47,444 nt of DNA from a virus (taxonomy: Duplodnaviria; Caudoviricetes): IMG/VR virus record IMGVR_UViG_3300025140_000187, positions 1 through 47,444 of that record; one strand, given 5' to 3'. The notes below the pieces were generated by a model. The model was not told the DNA's origin. It ran no database searches and saw only the letters and a program-made list of their open reading frames with translations. The translations under genes were made by a program, and so were the position numbers. Positions 19,633 to 28,080 of the stretch are shown here, in pieces; the first letter of the stretch is position 1, and every line of letters starts with the position of its first letter.

Positions 19633-21165
19633 CTACGTGTCAGTGGTGACTGGATCGCTGGCTTGGATGTCGGCGGCTTGGGCTGCATGCTTGTTGGGCT
19701 CTGCGCTGCCACCGTCTTTGGAGGTTCGTCTGGGGTCGGAGTCAAAAATCAGACCCAGGTCATCGGCGCGCTGGTTGTCAGCAGCGATTTCCCGATCAAC
19801 GTCTTCTGCGTCATAGCCAAAAGCCGAAATCGCCTCAGACCGACTCATCAGCCCGGAGCGAATCGCCAGCAGCATGGCTTTGAACTCTTTCTCGGGGTCC
19901 ACCCACTGCCAGCCCTGCGGAATCCACTTGGCTGCGAGGTATTGCCGCCGCTTTGCGTTGCCGCCCCGGGCAAAGCCTGGAGCCTGCAATGCGCCACTGA
20001 GCACGGCCTGCTTCATCCATGCGGCCCACACCGGGCGACACATCTGATGCACCAGCACGCCGTGCTGCACCATCTCGCATCGCCTGCGGAACTCAAGCAT
20101 CCCGGCGCGAATGCTGGAATAGTTGACGCCAGAGAGGTCACCGGTCAGTTGTTCATAGGTGATACCAATGGCCGCTGCCACTGCCCGAAACTGGGCGCGC
20201 AGGAATTCGCCATAGGAGCCACCCACATCGGCTGGGTCAGAGAATTTGATGTCTTCTCCGGGCTCCAGAATCTGCATGGTGCCGGGCTCCAGTCCGGCCA
20301 GCGACACACCGTTGCCATCTGGCAGGCCTTCGCCCAGCAGGTTGTCCTCCACGCTTTGACGGGTGACAAAGCCTGCGAACATGGCAGCAGTCTTCTTGCG
20401 CACCAGTTCCGCGTCGTCGTACTGGTCGAGTTCATTGAGTTTGACCAGGGCCCGTGAGAGCCAGGGCTCACCCCGAATCTGCCCCGGGCGCAACACCTTG
20501 TACAGGTGGATGATTTCACTGGCATCAATGCGCACCGTCTCCAAACCACCCTGGCCGGACATGGGTGCCAGCCTGCCATCCTCGGGGTGAGATCGGTACA
20601 AGTGGTACGCCACGCGTCGGCCCACACCATCGAACTCGATGCCTGACCTCACGACATTGCCAGAATCGAGATCAATGTTGAGATTCAGCGGCAGGTGCTC
20701 GGGCTCGATCAACTGGAGTTGAAGCGGCACACTCAAACCATCTTCAGGTCGGCGCGGCCGCAGCCGGATCAGGCATTCACCGCCCTCTAACATGGCTCGA
20801 CAGGCCAAGGCTTGCAGGCCATAGAAGTCAGTCTGACCTGCCGCGTCGGCTTCTTCAACCCAGTCGCGCCACAACGTCTGCACTGCCGCCTTGAACGTGT
20901 CGTCACCGGCCAGACTTTGTGGCTTGATGCCGGTGCCGACTGCATTGGCCACAAAGGCCTCAATGCCAGACTGCGCCCAGGCGTTGCGCCGCACCAGATC
21001 GCGGCTTTTAGTGCGCAACTCAGAATTGGTGGCAAGTAGCGCCGACACAGCGCCAGGGTTGCCGGGCATCCAGGCCTGTGCGCGTCTGCCACGGCCTGCG
21101 GCCTCATGCACTGGTCCCTGACCAATCTGGCCAAACAGGCTTCGGATTTTTGTGTACCAGGCCAT
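19633..21165 (-). CDS. Portal protein, lambda family
   Basis: ATG at 21165 coupled to gpW stop; RPGQIRGEP, VNYSSIRAG, WVDPEKE motifs. Confidence 0.95.
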   Translation of the reverse strand: MAWYTKIRSLFGQIGQGPVHEAAGRGRRAQAWMPGNPGAVSALLATNSELRTKSRDLVRRNAWAQSGIEAFVANAVGTGIKPQSLAGDDTFKAAVQTLWRDWVEEADAAGQTDFYGLQALACRAMLEGGECLIRLRPRRPEDGLSVPLQLQLIEPEHLPLNLNIDLDSGNVVRSGIEFDGVGRRVAYHLYRSHPEDGRLAPMSGQGGLETVRIDASEIIHLYKVLRPGQIRGEPWLSRALVKLNELDQYDDAELVRKKTAAMFAGFVTRQSVEDNLLGEGLPDGNGVSLAGLEPGTMQILEPGEDIKFSDPADVGGSYGEFLRAQFRAVAAAIGITYEQLTGDLSGVNYSSIRAGMLEFRRRCEMVQHGVLVHQMCRPVWAAWMKQAVLSGALQAPGFARGGNAKRRQYLAAKWIPQGWQWVDPEKEFKAMLLAIRSGLMSRSEAISAFGYDAEDVDREIAADNQRADDLGLIFDSDPRRTSKDGGSAEPNKHAAQAADIQASDPVTTDT

Positions 21166-21386
21166 CAGAAGCCTTTGGAAGTGGTGACGCGAATCTGGCG
21201 CGGCGCACCGGGCCACATGCCAGTCGATGCGGCTTGCTCAGAGAGGCCACGTTTGACCTCTCGTATAGCGAGTCTGAGTTCATCAACCGAGCGGTATTCA
21301 ACCGTCTTGTCGCCGAAGGAGACACGACGCTCCCCTTGGGTGAGTGCCGTTTGCAGGGCTTCGAGTTGGGTTTGAGAGAAGGACAT
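21165..21386 (-). CDS. Head completion protein, gpW-like
   Basis: 73 aa, GERRVSFGDKTVEYRS, directly upstream of portal. Confidence 0.85.
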   Translation of the reverse strand: MSFSQTQLEALQTALTQGERRVSFGDKTVEYRSVDELRLAIREVKRGLSEQAASTGMWPGAPRQIRVTTSKGF

Positions 21387-21407
21387 GGTGGTTTTTCTGT
21401 TCGGGCC

Positions 21408-21818
21408 TTAGCGCCAGACGGTCAGATTGATCTCGGTGGTGTCAGACAAGGTGCCGCTGGCTGTGGCGCAGATGACTTCGACAAAGTCGGCCGTCTTGCT
21501 CTCCGCCAGCACCCGGGCTGCGGCGTACTTCATGGTTTTTTGTTGACCTGCATTGCGTGCAAAGGCCTGCCAGCAGTAGTTGGCATCCACCATGGGCGAG
21601 ATAAACGTCACCCGAAACCGGCCAGTGCTGGTACGGGTGACACTTTGAACATTGAACCCAGCCCGAACAAGCACCGATGCCTGGTCGCCAGAGCCACTGA
21701 CACCAAAGCACACCCAGGCTTTGGCAACCCCTGGGTGATCGGCGGTGATGCGGGTCTTGAGTTCCAGGGCCAGGCGCTGCGCCAGTTCGGTGACGTGTTG
21801 GGCCAGATTCATGGTCAA
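21408..21818 (-). CDS. Hypothetical, fibre-like beta domain
   Basis: 136 aa; AKAWVCF...FNVQSVTRTSTGRFRVTF pattern. Confidence 0.45.
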   Translation of the reverse strand: MTMNLAQHVTELAQRLALELKTRITADHPGVAKAWVCFGVSGSGDQASVLVRAGFNVQSVTRTSTGRFRVTFISPMVDANYCWQAFARNAGQQKTMKYAAARVLAESKTADFVEVICATASGTLSDTTEINLTVWR

Positions 21819-21836
21819 TCAGTCAAAGTGAACTGC

Positions 21837-22343
21837 TTAGGCCACCAGGGCAGCTTCGAACGCCGCCACAAAGTCGGTGTCAAAGTTGCCGATGTCCAGC
21901 GCGGAGACCGCACCGATGTTCTGGCGGGCTTGTTCCTGCTCAGGTGCGGTCAGTGCCTGCACCGCATCAAAGCGCACTCGCTTGTCAACGGCTGCAAGCA
22001 AGGCAGCAATGCCGGTTTGGTCATTGAGCAGGGCATCCTGCAATTCTTTGAGCGTGTCAAACGCCGCATCAGCCCCACCGAGCAAGTCAGCCTTCAGGGC
22101 ATCAAGCAAGGTGGTGATCTTCGATGCCGAAAACGTGGTGGCCGTACCAGCCGCGTTGGCATCGTCAATGATGGTGACGCCTGCCAAAGTGGAAATCTGG
22201 TTACGCAGCTCATTGATGGAACTGACCAGGCTGGTTTTGTCAGTTGTCGAGAGGTTGGCCAGCGTACCGACCTGACCGTAGATGGTCTTGAACTCGGCGG
22301 CAAGGCGTAGAACCAGGGATTCAAGGCGTGTTTGCAAACTCAT
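21837..22343 (-). CDS. Hypothetical, head/tail-fibre-like coiled protein
   Basis: ATG at 22343 after GGAG; LSTTDKTSLVSSINE, AFDTLKEL and QARQNIGA segments typical of fibre proteins. Confidence 0.5.
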   Translation of the reverse strand: MSLQTRLESLVLRLAAEFKTIYGQVGTLANLSTTDKTSLVSSINELRNQISTLAGVTIIDDANAAGTATTFSASKITTLLDALKADLLGGADAAFDTLKELQDALLNDQTGIAALLAAVDKRVRFDAVQALTAPEQEQARQNIGAVSALDIGNFDTDFVAAFEAALVA

Positions 22344-22375
22344 GGGGAAAGCTCCAAAAAAGGAAATGAAAGGCA

Positions 22376-22397
22376 ATAAAAAAGGCACCGAAGTGCC
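22376..22397 (-). terminator. Intrinsic terminator after terminase large subunit
   Basis: Minus strand GGCAC-TTCG-GTGCC-TTTTTT (UUCG tetraloop plus U tract). Confidence 0.65.
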
Positions 22398-22429
22398 AGG
22401 GCTAGACAGCCAATGAATGACCTCGGCCC

Positions 22430-24472
22430 CTAGCGTTTGAGCCAGGGACTGCGGATCACGCGTCGACTGAATTTGGGCTGTCCAGAAGCACTGATGCCAG
22501 CGCGACCGGGGTTGGTTGGGCTGGCATCAATGACATCTGTGGACAAATTTGATGAGGTGACATTCACCTCGGGGTCGGGTGGCCACGCCAGCCCGAGTTG
22601 TTTTTCCAATTCGCGCCAGTGGCGCTCCCCAAAGCGATCCAGACCCACACTCGACGCAGCAGCCCGGGCGTACACGTAGCAGTCCAGAGCCTCGTTGCGT
22701 TCGCGCATTTTTTGCCACTCTCGGTGGGCAAAGCCATTGCGGTCGTGCCGGGTGATCAAGCTCTCGGCGCACAACTGCTGCACAAATTCGGCATCAACTT
22801 TGGGCAAATGAACAAATCCAGCCGGATAGAGCGGTGTGCTGCCGTCAGAGCCCACATCAGCCGCTTTGCGCAGGTTGTTGTAGAACTCCATCTTGGCCAT
22901 GCCTACCGCCACCGAGTACAGCTTGATGCCTCGGCGCAGCTTCTTGCCACCCTGTGTCACATCGACCGCAGTGGGCGTGCCAATCAAGGCCGCGCCGCCC
23001 ATCGCACCGCTGCGCACCCCTTTGACGGGCATCAGTCGTGGGTCATGGCAGCTGCGGGCGAACGCATAGGTCTCCTGGGTGGCAAAGCCGGTGTCCAGCG
23101 CCAACCTGGTCAATGGCATCAACACACCACTGGCGTGAGTCCAGCGCTCGGCCAGTAACTCTGACAAGCGTTTCCAGACGGCGTCGCGGGCGGTGTCACC
23201 CATCAGCACACGGTGTTCCACTAGCCAGGACTCCTTGCCGCGTCCGAATGCCCAGATCGACACCTCGATCCGGTCTTTCTGCACGTCAGCACCGGCCACC
23301 AACAGCAAGCCACCCAGTGCAACGCTGCCGATTCGGTAATCTTCGCGGCGCTCAATCAGGCGCTGCCAATCCGGTGCTTCGCCTTCTTCGAGCCAGGTCT
23401 CGCCCAGTTCAGTGTTTTTGAAGGTCTTGATCGCAGCAGCGGAACCGGACTCCTTGCTGACCGCGCTCTCCCAAGCCGCTGCCACATCGCGCCAGCTACG
23501 CCAGCCCACCGGGCTGTACAGGCTGGAGAGGTGGAAACCGGCTGTCTTTTTGCGACCTTTGCTGCTCTTTGCAGACTCTTGCGCGATCATGCTGCGCCAC
23601 TGGCCCAACTCCAGCATTCGCGTCTTGTGGTGCTCAGCTATTGGCTGCTCACAGGACTCGCACACGTAGGCTGCGGTCTCGGGTTTGGCTTTTTCCCAGC
23701 GCAGTTGCTCAAAGCGCAGCCACTGGCGGTGATCGCAGTGTGGACAGGGCACAAAGTAGCGCCGCTGGTCACTTGCTTCGTATTCGCGCTCGATGGCCGA
23801 CACACCCGAGATGGTCGGGGTCGAGACGATAAATATCTTGCGACGGGTGAAGGTGCGCGTGCGTGCTTCGGCCAGCGAAATCGCATCGCCTTCGCCTTCC
23901 ACATCCAGCGGATAACCATCCACCTCGTCCAGGAACAAATAGCGCACTGGCATGGAGCGCAATCCAACCGCGCTGTTGGCACCGGTCATCACCAGCACGC
24001 CACCCCGGAACTCCTTGGCCAGGATGGTGTTGCCGGAGTCGCGTGACCGGGCCGGTGATATCAATTCACGCAGCGCGGCTGACTCCTCAATCAAAGGGTC
24101 GATCCGCTGCTTGGAATTTCGTTTGGCCATGTCCACCGTTGGCCAGACCGCCATCATGGGCCCAGGCGCATGGTGGATCACATAGCCAATCCAGTTGCTG
24201 CCCATTTCAGTCGCACCCAGTTGCGCTGCCTTCATGAACACCACACGCTCCACTGGCGACGATGGCGAGAGGCAATCCATGATTTCCTTCAGGTACGGCG
24301 TGCGACTGGTGCGCCAGCGCCCGGGCTCGGCAGAAGCTTTGCTGGAGAGCATGCGGTGCTGATCTGACCACTCGGACACTGACAGCAGAGGGTCTGGGGT
24401 CAGGCCGTCGCGCCACGCACGTTCAATCTCTGTTGCGCCGTCGTAATGATTGGTTTCGATTTCTGTGCTCAT
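22430..24472 (-). CDS. Terminase large subunit, lambda gpA family
   Basis: KAAQLGATE Walker A, YLFLDEVD Walker B, YFVPCPHC, NEALDC. Confidence 0.96.
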   Translation of the reverse strand: MSTEIETNHYDGATEIERAWRDGLTPDPLLSVSEWSDQHRMLSSKASAEPGRWRTSRTPYLKEIMDCLSPSSPVERVVFMKAAQLGATEMGSNWIGYVIHHAPGPMMAVWPTVDMAKRNSKQRIDPLIEESAALRELISPARSRDSGNTILAKEFRGGVLVMTGANSAVGLRSMPVRYLFLDEVDGYPLDVEGEGDAISLAEARTRTFTRRKIFIVSTPTISGVSAIEREYEASDQRRYFVPCPHCDHRQWLRFEQLRWEKAKPETAAYVCESCEQPIAEHHKTRMLELGQWRSMIAQESAKSSKGRKKTAGFHLSSLYSPVGWRSWRDVAAAWESAVSKESGSAAAIKTFKNTELGETWLEEGEAPDWQRLIERREDYRIGSVALGGLLLVAGADVQKDRIEVSIWAFGRGKESWLVEHRVLMGDTARDAVWKRLSELLAERWTHASGVLMPLTRLALDTGFATQETYAFARSCHDPRLMPVKGVRSGAMGGAALIGTPTAVDVTQGGKKLRRGIKLYSVAVGMAKMEFYNNLRKAADVGSDGSTPLYPAGFVHLPKVDAEFVQQLCAESLITRHDRNGFAHREWQKMRERNEALDCYVYARAAASSVGLDRFGERHWRELEKQLGLAWPPDPEVNVTSSNLSTDVIDASPTNPGRAGISASGQPKFSRRVIRSPWLKR

Positions 24473-25035
24473 CAGTCAACGCTTGCCTGTAAATTGCCCA
24501 GTTCTTGCAGATGCTCGCGCACCGCCTTCTCCAGCGCCACATGCATGGTGTGTGCATCCAATTCCAATTTGGCTGCCATCTGGGCAGAAACCCGTGCGGG
24601 CCAGTTCAGCCAGGCATCGCGCTCGCTGCGCGCAAGCTTGAACACATGGGCAATAGCCTGCGGCCGATCAATGAGTTCTCCCTTGAGTCTGGCCAGTCGC
24701 ACCTTGTTGGTCTGCGCCTTGACCACCTCGTTGACGGTTCGGGCTTGTAAGAGCGAGGTACCACCGCCGCCGCCAGAGCCTGTGTTGGTTGCAGCGCCAC
24801 CACCGCCTCTATCACCACCACCGTCGCCATCGACCTCCGGTACCTTGACCTTGACGGTCGCTCGTTGTGTTCCCGTCTTGGGCGCACTGGTGTTGCGCTC
24901 CCACTGGGCATCTGCCTGATCAGGATCAATCGTGCCGTCAGCCAGCGCATTGATGCGACCGCTGCGGATGGCCTTGTGTACGGCGGTGTCGGTGACCCCG
25001 CGATGACGGGCGTAGGCGCGAATCGATAGTCCCAT
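24472..25035 (-). CDS. Terminase small subunit (Nu1-like)
   Basis: N-terminal HTH (SIRAYARHRGVTDTAVHKAI), coiled-coil LARLKGELI; coupled to gpA. Confidence 0.8.
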   Translation of the reverse strand: MGLSIRAYARHRGVTDTAVHKAIRSGRINALADGTIDPDQADAQWERNTSAPKTGTQRATVKVKVPEVDGDGGGDRGGGGAATNTGSGGGGGTSLLQARTVNEVVKAQTNKVRLARLKGELIDRPQAIAHVFKLARSERDAWLNWPARVSAQMAAKLELDAHTMHVALEKAVREHLQELGNLQASVD

Positions 25036-25185
25036 GAGTGGTGCGTGTGTTCTTCATTGCAAGGTCTGCCGGGCCTCGGATGCGGACATAAAAAAGATGC
25101 AAATTTGCATGATTGTTTTCAAGCAACTTCCAGCAAATTTGCCCGGGAATTGGGGTGTAGCTTTGAAGCAAAAGGTGATTCAAGA

Positions 25186-25259
25186 GATTCAAAAAAATGA
25201 TGCGAATTGACTTGGCTTCACAAGCAAACAGCGTCTTCATAGAGGTGTTGCAGCAAACC
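25186..25259 (+). repeat. Cassette upstream repeat R1
   Basis: CTTGGCTT(25211)-N10-CAGCGTCTTCATA; 25186-25248 is 61/63 identical to R4. Confidence 0.9.
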
Positions 25260-25298
25260 TGCTCAACGCGACGAAACCCAACCAAAAGGACGCACATC

Positions 25299-25565
25299 AT
25301 GAATAACGCAACAGCCCCATCCACCACGCAAGTGGTCGAGCAACTTCGCGACATCCAGCTTGAATTGATCGACTTGCTTGACCGCGCCAAAGAACTTCTT
25401 CGCACCGCCCCAAGCATCACCCGCGAACGCGCAGAGAGCTACTGGCTGGCACACGCCCGCATGGCCATCACCAAAAACCACAGTTACTTGGGTGGCTCCA
25501 TGGTTGACATGGACGACACCATCGCAGAGATGGAAGGTGCAGATGGCGAGGACGACGAGTCCTGA
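25299..25565 (+). CDS. Cassette 1 hypothetical protein (88 aa)
   Basis: AAAGGA RBS then ATG 25299; acidic C-terminus. Confidence 0.75.
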   Translation: MNNATAPSTTQVVEQLRDIQLELIDLLDRAKELLRTAPSITRERAESYWLAHARMAITKNHSYLGGSMVDMDDTIAEMEGADGEDDES

Positions 25566-25575
25566 CTAAAACGCA

Positions 25576-25600
25576 GCGCCGCCAACAAAACTGGCGGCGC
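25576..25600. terminator. Junction stem-loop
   Basis: GCGCCGCCA-acaaaac-TGGCGGCGC; no clear U tract. Confidence 0.5.
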
Positions 25601-25660
25601 GCAGGCCTTCATGCAGGTATTCAAAGCAGCGTCAGATTGAAGCGACTACCTCCAAAAAAT

Positions 25661-25735
25661 GAATCAAAAAATGTTCGGAATTGACTTGGCTTCTGAAGCA
25701 CACAGCGTCTTACTAGAGGCATCGCAACAAACCAA
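25661..25735 (+). repeat. Cassette upstream repeat R2
   Basis: CTTGGCTT(25685)-N10-CAGCGTCTTACTA; 25678-25735 is 53/58 identical to R6. Confidence 0.9.
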
Positions 25736-25747
25736 CCGGAGATTGAA

Positions 25748-25957
25748 ATGAAAAACACCATCGACCAGATTTTTGCCCTGATTGCCCAAAAACACCTCTT
25801 TATCGAGACCCTGGAAACACGCAACTCAGACCGCCTTGACTTCCATGACGTCTCAGTCTGGGGTGTGCGCAGCGCCCTGGAAGCAGCCTTTAAAGCCGGG
25901 GTTGAGTTGGGTGCATCCATGCCAAAACCGACTGAGTCGGAGATTGGCAACACCTAA
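25748..25957 (+). CDS. Cassette 2, DUF6900-like small protein
   Basis: GGAG RBS; IETLETRNSDRLDFHDVSVW motif. Confidence 0.75.
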   Translation: MKNTIDQIFALIAQKHLFIETLETRNSDRLDFHDVSVWGVRSALEAAFKAGVELGASMPKPTESEIGNT

Positions 25958-25969
25958 ACAAATCACGAC

Positions 25970-26035
25970 AAGCCAAGCAGAAAAAGCTTGGCTTGTATTG
26001 CAAACAGCGCGTTCATTACATCGTCTTAGCAACCA
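25970..26035 (+). repeat. Cassette upstream repeat R3 with built-in hairpin
   Basis: AAGCCAAGC-agaaaaa-GCTTGGCTT, then N10-CAGCGCGTTCATT. Confidence 0.85.
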
Positions 26036-26052
26036 CCACGAAGGAGCCTCAA

Positions 26053-26787
26053 ATGAGCACTATTGCATTGACCACCACCCAGCACGCCATGCTGGCCCAT
26101 GCTATCGACCACACTGCGGGCCGCATCGACTGGTTTCCCGAAAACATCAAAGGCGGCGCACGGCAAAAGGTGCTGCAAGGACTTTTCAATCGCGCCTTGA
26201 TCACGCCACATGGGTCAGACTGGCTGGTCGCCGCCGAGGGCTACGACGCGCTGGACTGCGCCAGACCCACGGTTTGCCTGATTGCCCAAGACGATCACGA
26301 ACTGGAGACAATCGTTACGCAGGTCGAGGCAACCTGGACACAGGATGCGCTTGCAAACCAACCAGCGTCATCTGAGTCTGGCGACGCGCAAGGCGTATCA
26401 GTCGAGACTGAGCCCCAAGCAGACCAAGGCGAAATCGCCACGGCTTGCGACGATTGCCTCTCTGGCACCGATGTACCAGCAACTGAAATCGACGCAACAC
26501 AGGGCCAGTCAGCGCCAACCACAGCGCCTGCCGAGCAGCCCATTGTGAAGGCCATCCGCACCCGCGAGCACAGCAAGCAGGCCACCATCATCGGGATGCT
26601 CCAGCGCGCCGAGGGTGCCACCATCGCCCAGATCTGCGAGGCAACTGGCTGGCAGGCGCACACCGTGCGCGGCACCTTTGCCGGAGCATTCAAAAAGAAG
26701 CTGGGGCTCACCATTAAATCGGCCAAGCCCCAGGGTGGCGAGCGCAGCTACCGCGTTGTGGCATCGACCGATGAATTGCTGGCTTGA
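26053..26787 (+). CDS. Cassette 3, DUF3489-domain (winged-helix-like) protein
   Basis: AAGGAG RBS; C-terminal SKQATIIGMLQRAEGATIAQICEATGWQAHTVRG. Confidence 0.85.
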   Translation: MSTIALTTTQHAMLAHAIDHTAGRIDWFPENIKGGARQKVLQGLFNRALITPHGSDWLVAAEGYDALDCARPTVCLIAQDDHELETIVTQVEATWTQDALANQPASSESGDAQGVSVETEPQADQGEIATACDDCLSGTDVPATEIDATQGQSAPTTAPAEQPIVKAIRTREHSKQATIIGMLQRAEGATIAQICEATGWQAHTVRGTFAGAFKKKLGLTIKSAKPQGGERSYRVVASTDELLA

Positions 26788-26801
26788 TCGGATGTATGGA
26801 C

Positions 26802-26825
26802 TGGGTGCGCAAATTTGCGCACCCA
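26802..26825. repeat. Perfect 24-bp palindrome at cassette junction
   Basis: TGGGTGCGCAAATTTGCGCACCCA. Confidence 0.85.
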
Positions 26826-26829
26826 CATT

Positions 26830-26892
26830 GATTCAAAAAAATGATGCGAATTGACTTGGCTTCTCAAGCGAACAGCGTCTTCATAGAGGTGT
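26830..26892 (+). repeat. Cassette upstream repeat R4
   Basis: CTTGGCTT(26855)-N10-CAGCGTCTTCATA; near-identical to R1. Confidence 0.9.
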
Positions 26893-26925
26893 CGCGATTG
26901 ACGACGAACCTTTAGGAAAAACGCA

Positions 26926-27285
26926 ATGACCACCATGACCATCACCATCGAGCGCACACTGCGCACCGTCCAACTTGGCACCGCCACCCTCCAAACCGAG
27001 GAGTTGAGTGTTTCTTTACCCTTTGCCCGCAAGCCTTGCGACCTAAGCGAACTCGGCGGCGGGACACCTTCCAAAGTGCTGGTCACCGAAACCCGCAAGA
27101 TGACCACCACAGAATTTGACGAGTTCGCCGCCAACCTGCTGCGCTCACGCCCCTGGCTCGACGGTCGGGGAGGCACCACACGCGAAGGCACCCTTTGCGT
27201 CGAGGTCTGCGCACCAGGTCGCCCCTACCTTTACATCAACCCCGAAGGTGGCGATTACGCCCGGTACGTGGCGCGTCTCGGATAA
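26926..27285 (+). CDS. Cassette 4 hypothetical protein (119 aa)
   Basis: AGGA RBS; C-terminal INPEGGDYARY. Confidence 0.75.
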   Translation: MTTMTITIERTLRTVQLGTATLQTEELSVSLPFARKPCDLSELGGGTPSKVLVTETRKMTTTEFDEFAANLLRSRPWLDGRGGTTREGTLCVEVCAPGRPYLYINPEGGDYARYVARLG

Positions 27286-27292
27286 GAAGATT

Positions 27293-27364
27293 GATTGAAA
27301 AAGGAAGCCAAATTAACTTGGCTTCTCCATCAAACAGCGCGTTACTACGGGTGTTGCAACAACC
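27293..27364 (+). repeat. Cassette upstream repeat R5 with built-in hairpin
   Basis: GAAGCCAA-attaac-TTGGCTTC; CTTGGCTT(27317)-N10-CAGCGCGTTACTA. Confidence 0.85.
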
Positions 27365-27384
27365 ACCCTGAAAGGACAAGCATC

Positions 27385-27594
27385 ATGAGCCAAGTCACCG
27401 TCAAACGCATCTCCACCACCGAAGAACTTGTCACCCAACGCACAGTTGGCTACCAAATCTTTGTCAACGACGAGTATTTGCTGACCTGCACCGATGTTTG
27501 CGATGCGATGGACTTTAAGGAAAAGCTTGAAAAGCAGCCGCACGATTGGGTCCAAATTACCTCGCACTCTGATTGGGACAAGGCAAAAACCTGA
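27385..27594 (+). CDS. Cassette 5 hypothetical protein (69 aa)
   Basis: AAAGGA RBS then ATG 27385. Confidence 0.7.
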   Translation: MSQVTVKRISTTEELVTQRTVGYQIFVNDEYLLTCTDVCDAMDFKEKLEKQPHDWVQITSHSDWDKAKT

Positions 27595-27600
27595 GAACAG

Positions 27601-27620
27601 CGGGCCAGCAAACTGGCCCG
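27601..27620. terminator. Junction stem-loop
   Basis: CGGGCCAG-caaa-CTGGCCCG; no clear U tract. Confidence 0.5.
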
Positions 27621-27627
27621 TCAAATA

Positions 27628-27701
27628 GATTCAAAAATGCTCAGAATTGACTTGGCTTCTCAATCAAACAGCGCGTTACTAGAGGCATCGCAACAAACCA
27701 A
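27628..27701 (+). repeat. Cassette upstream repeat R6
   Basis: CTTGGCTT(27651)-N10-CAGCGCGTTACTA. Confidence 0.9.
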
Positions 27702-27714
27702 ACGGAAGAACGAC

Positions 27715-28080
27715 ATGACCAACGCAACACAAACCATCGCCACCCAGAACGAGTCTTGGGGCTTTTGGGGAACCATGAACGAGCACGCCACCGCCGCCTG
27801 GCCCATCGCATCCACAGCGATTGCCGCCGCCACAGGGTGCGAACCTGAACAAGTCAGAGCCTTCCTGGACAGCCGCCACGGTCGCCACTTTGCAGACGAT
27901 GTCCAAAACGGACTCTTTGTCGGTTGCAACCTCAAGGACGCGATTGACAAGGCCACTGCCAAATGGATGGGCTGGACGATTGGGCGCATCACAGCCAAGG
28001 AAACTGGCATCCCTCGCGGCATGGCTTACTTGACCGGGTTTGTGGTGCAAGCCGCCATCGACGACGAACTTTTTGCCTGA
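27715..28080 (+). CDS. Cassette 6 hypothetical protein (121 aa)
   Basis: ATG 27715; NESWGFWGTM and FLDSRHGRHFADDV motifs; 3' end overlaps convergent gene. Confidence 0.75.
   Translation: MTNATQTIATQNESWGFWGTMNEHATAAWPIASTAIAAATGCEPEQVRAFLDSRHGRHFADDVQNGLFVGCNLKDAIDKATAKWMGWTIGRITAKETGIPRGMAYLTGFVVQAAIDDELFA

Noticed and set aside
182-24919. Many long plus-strand ORFs over the structural genes (e.g. 21078-22310, 17228-18088)
   Set aside because: Antisense shadows of well-supported minus-strand genes in GC-rich DNA; no motifs
25186-27701. CRISPR array interpretation of the repeats
   Set aside because: Repeats are degenerate, 60-75 bp, and separated by whole genes of variable length rather than 30-40 bp spacers; no cas1/cas2
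25197-27714. Long N-terminal extensions in the ORF track (MMRIDLASQ..., MLRIDLASQ..., MYCKQ..., MKKEAK...) as a shared protein domain
   Set aside because: They are translations of the DNA repeat; RBS-supported ATGs lie downstream and the copies are read in different frames
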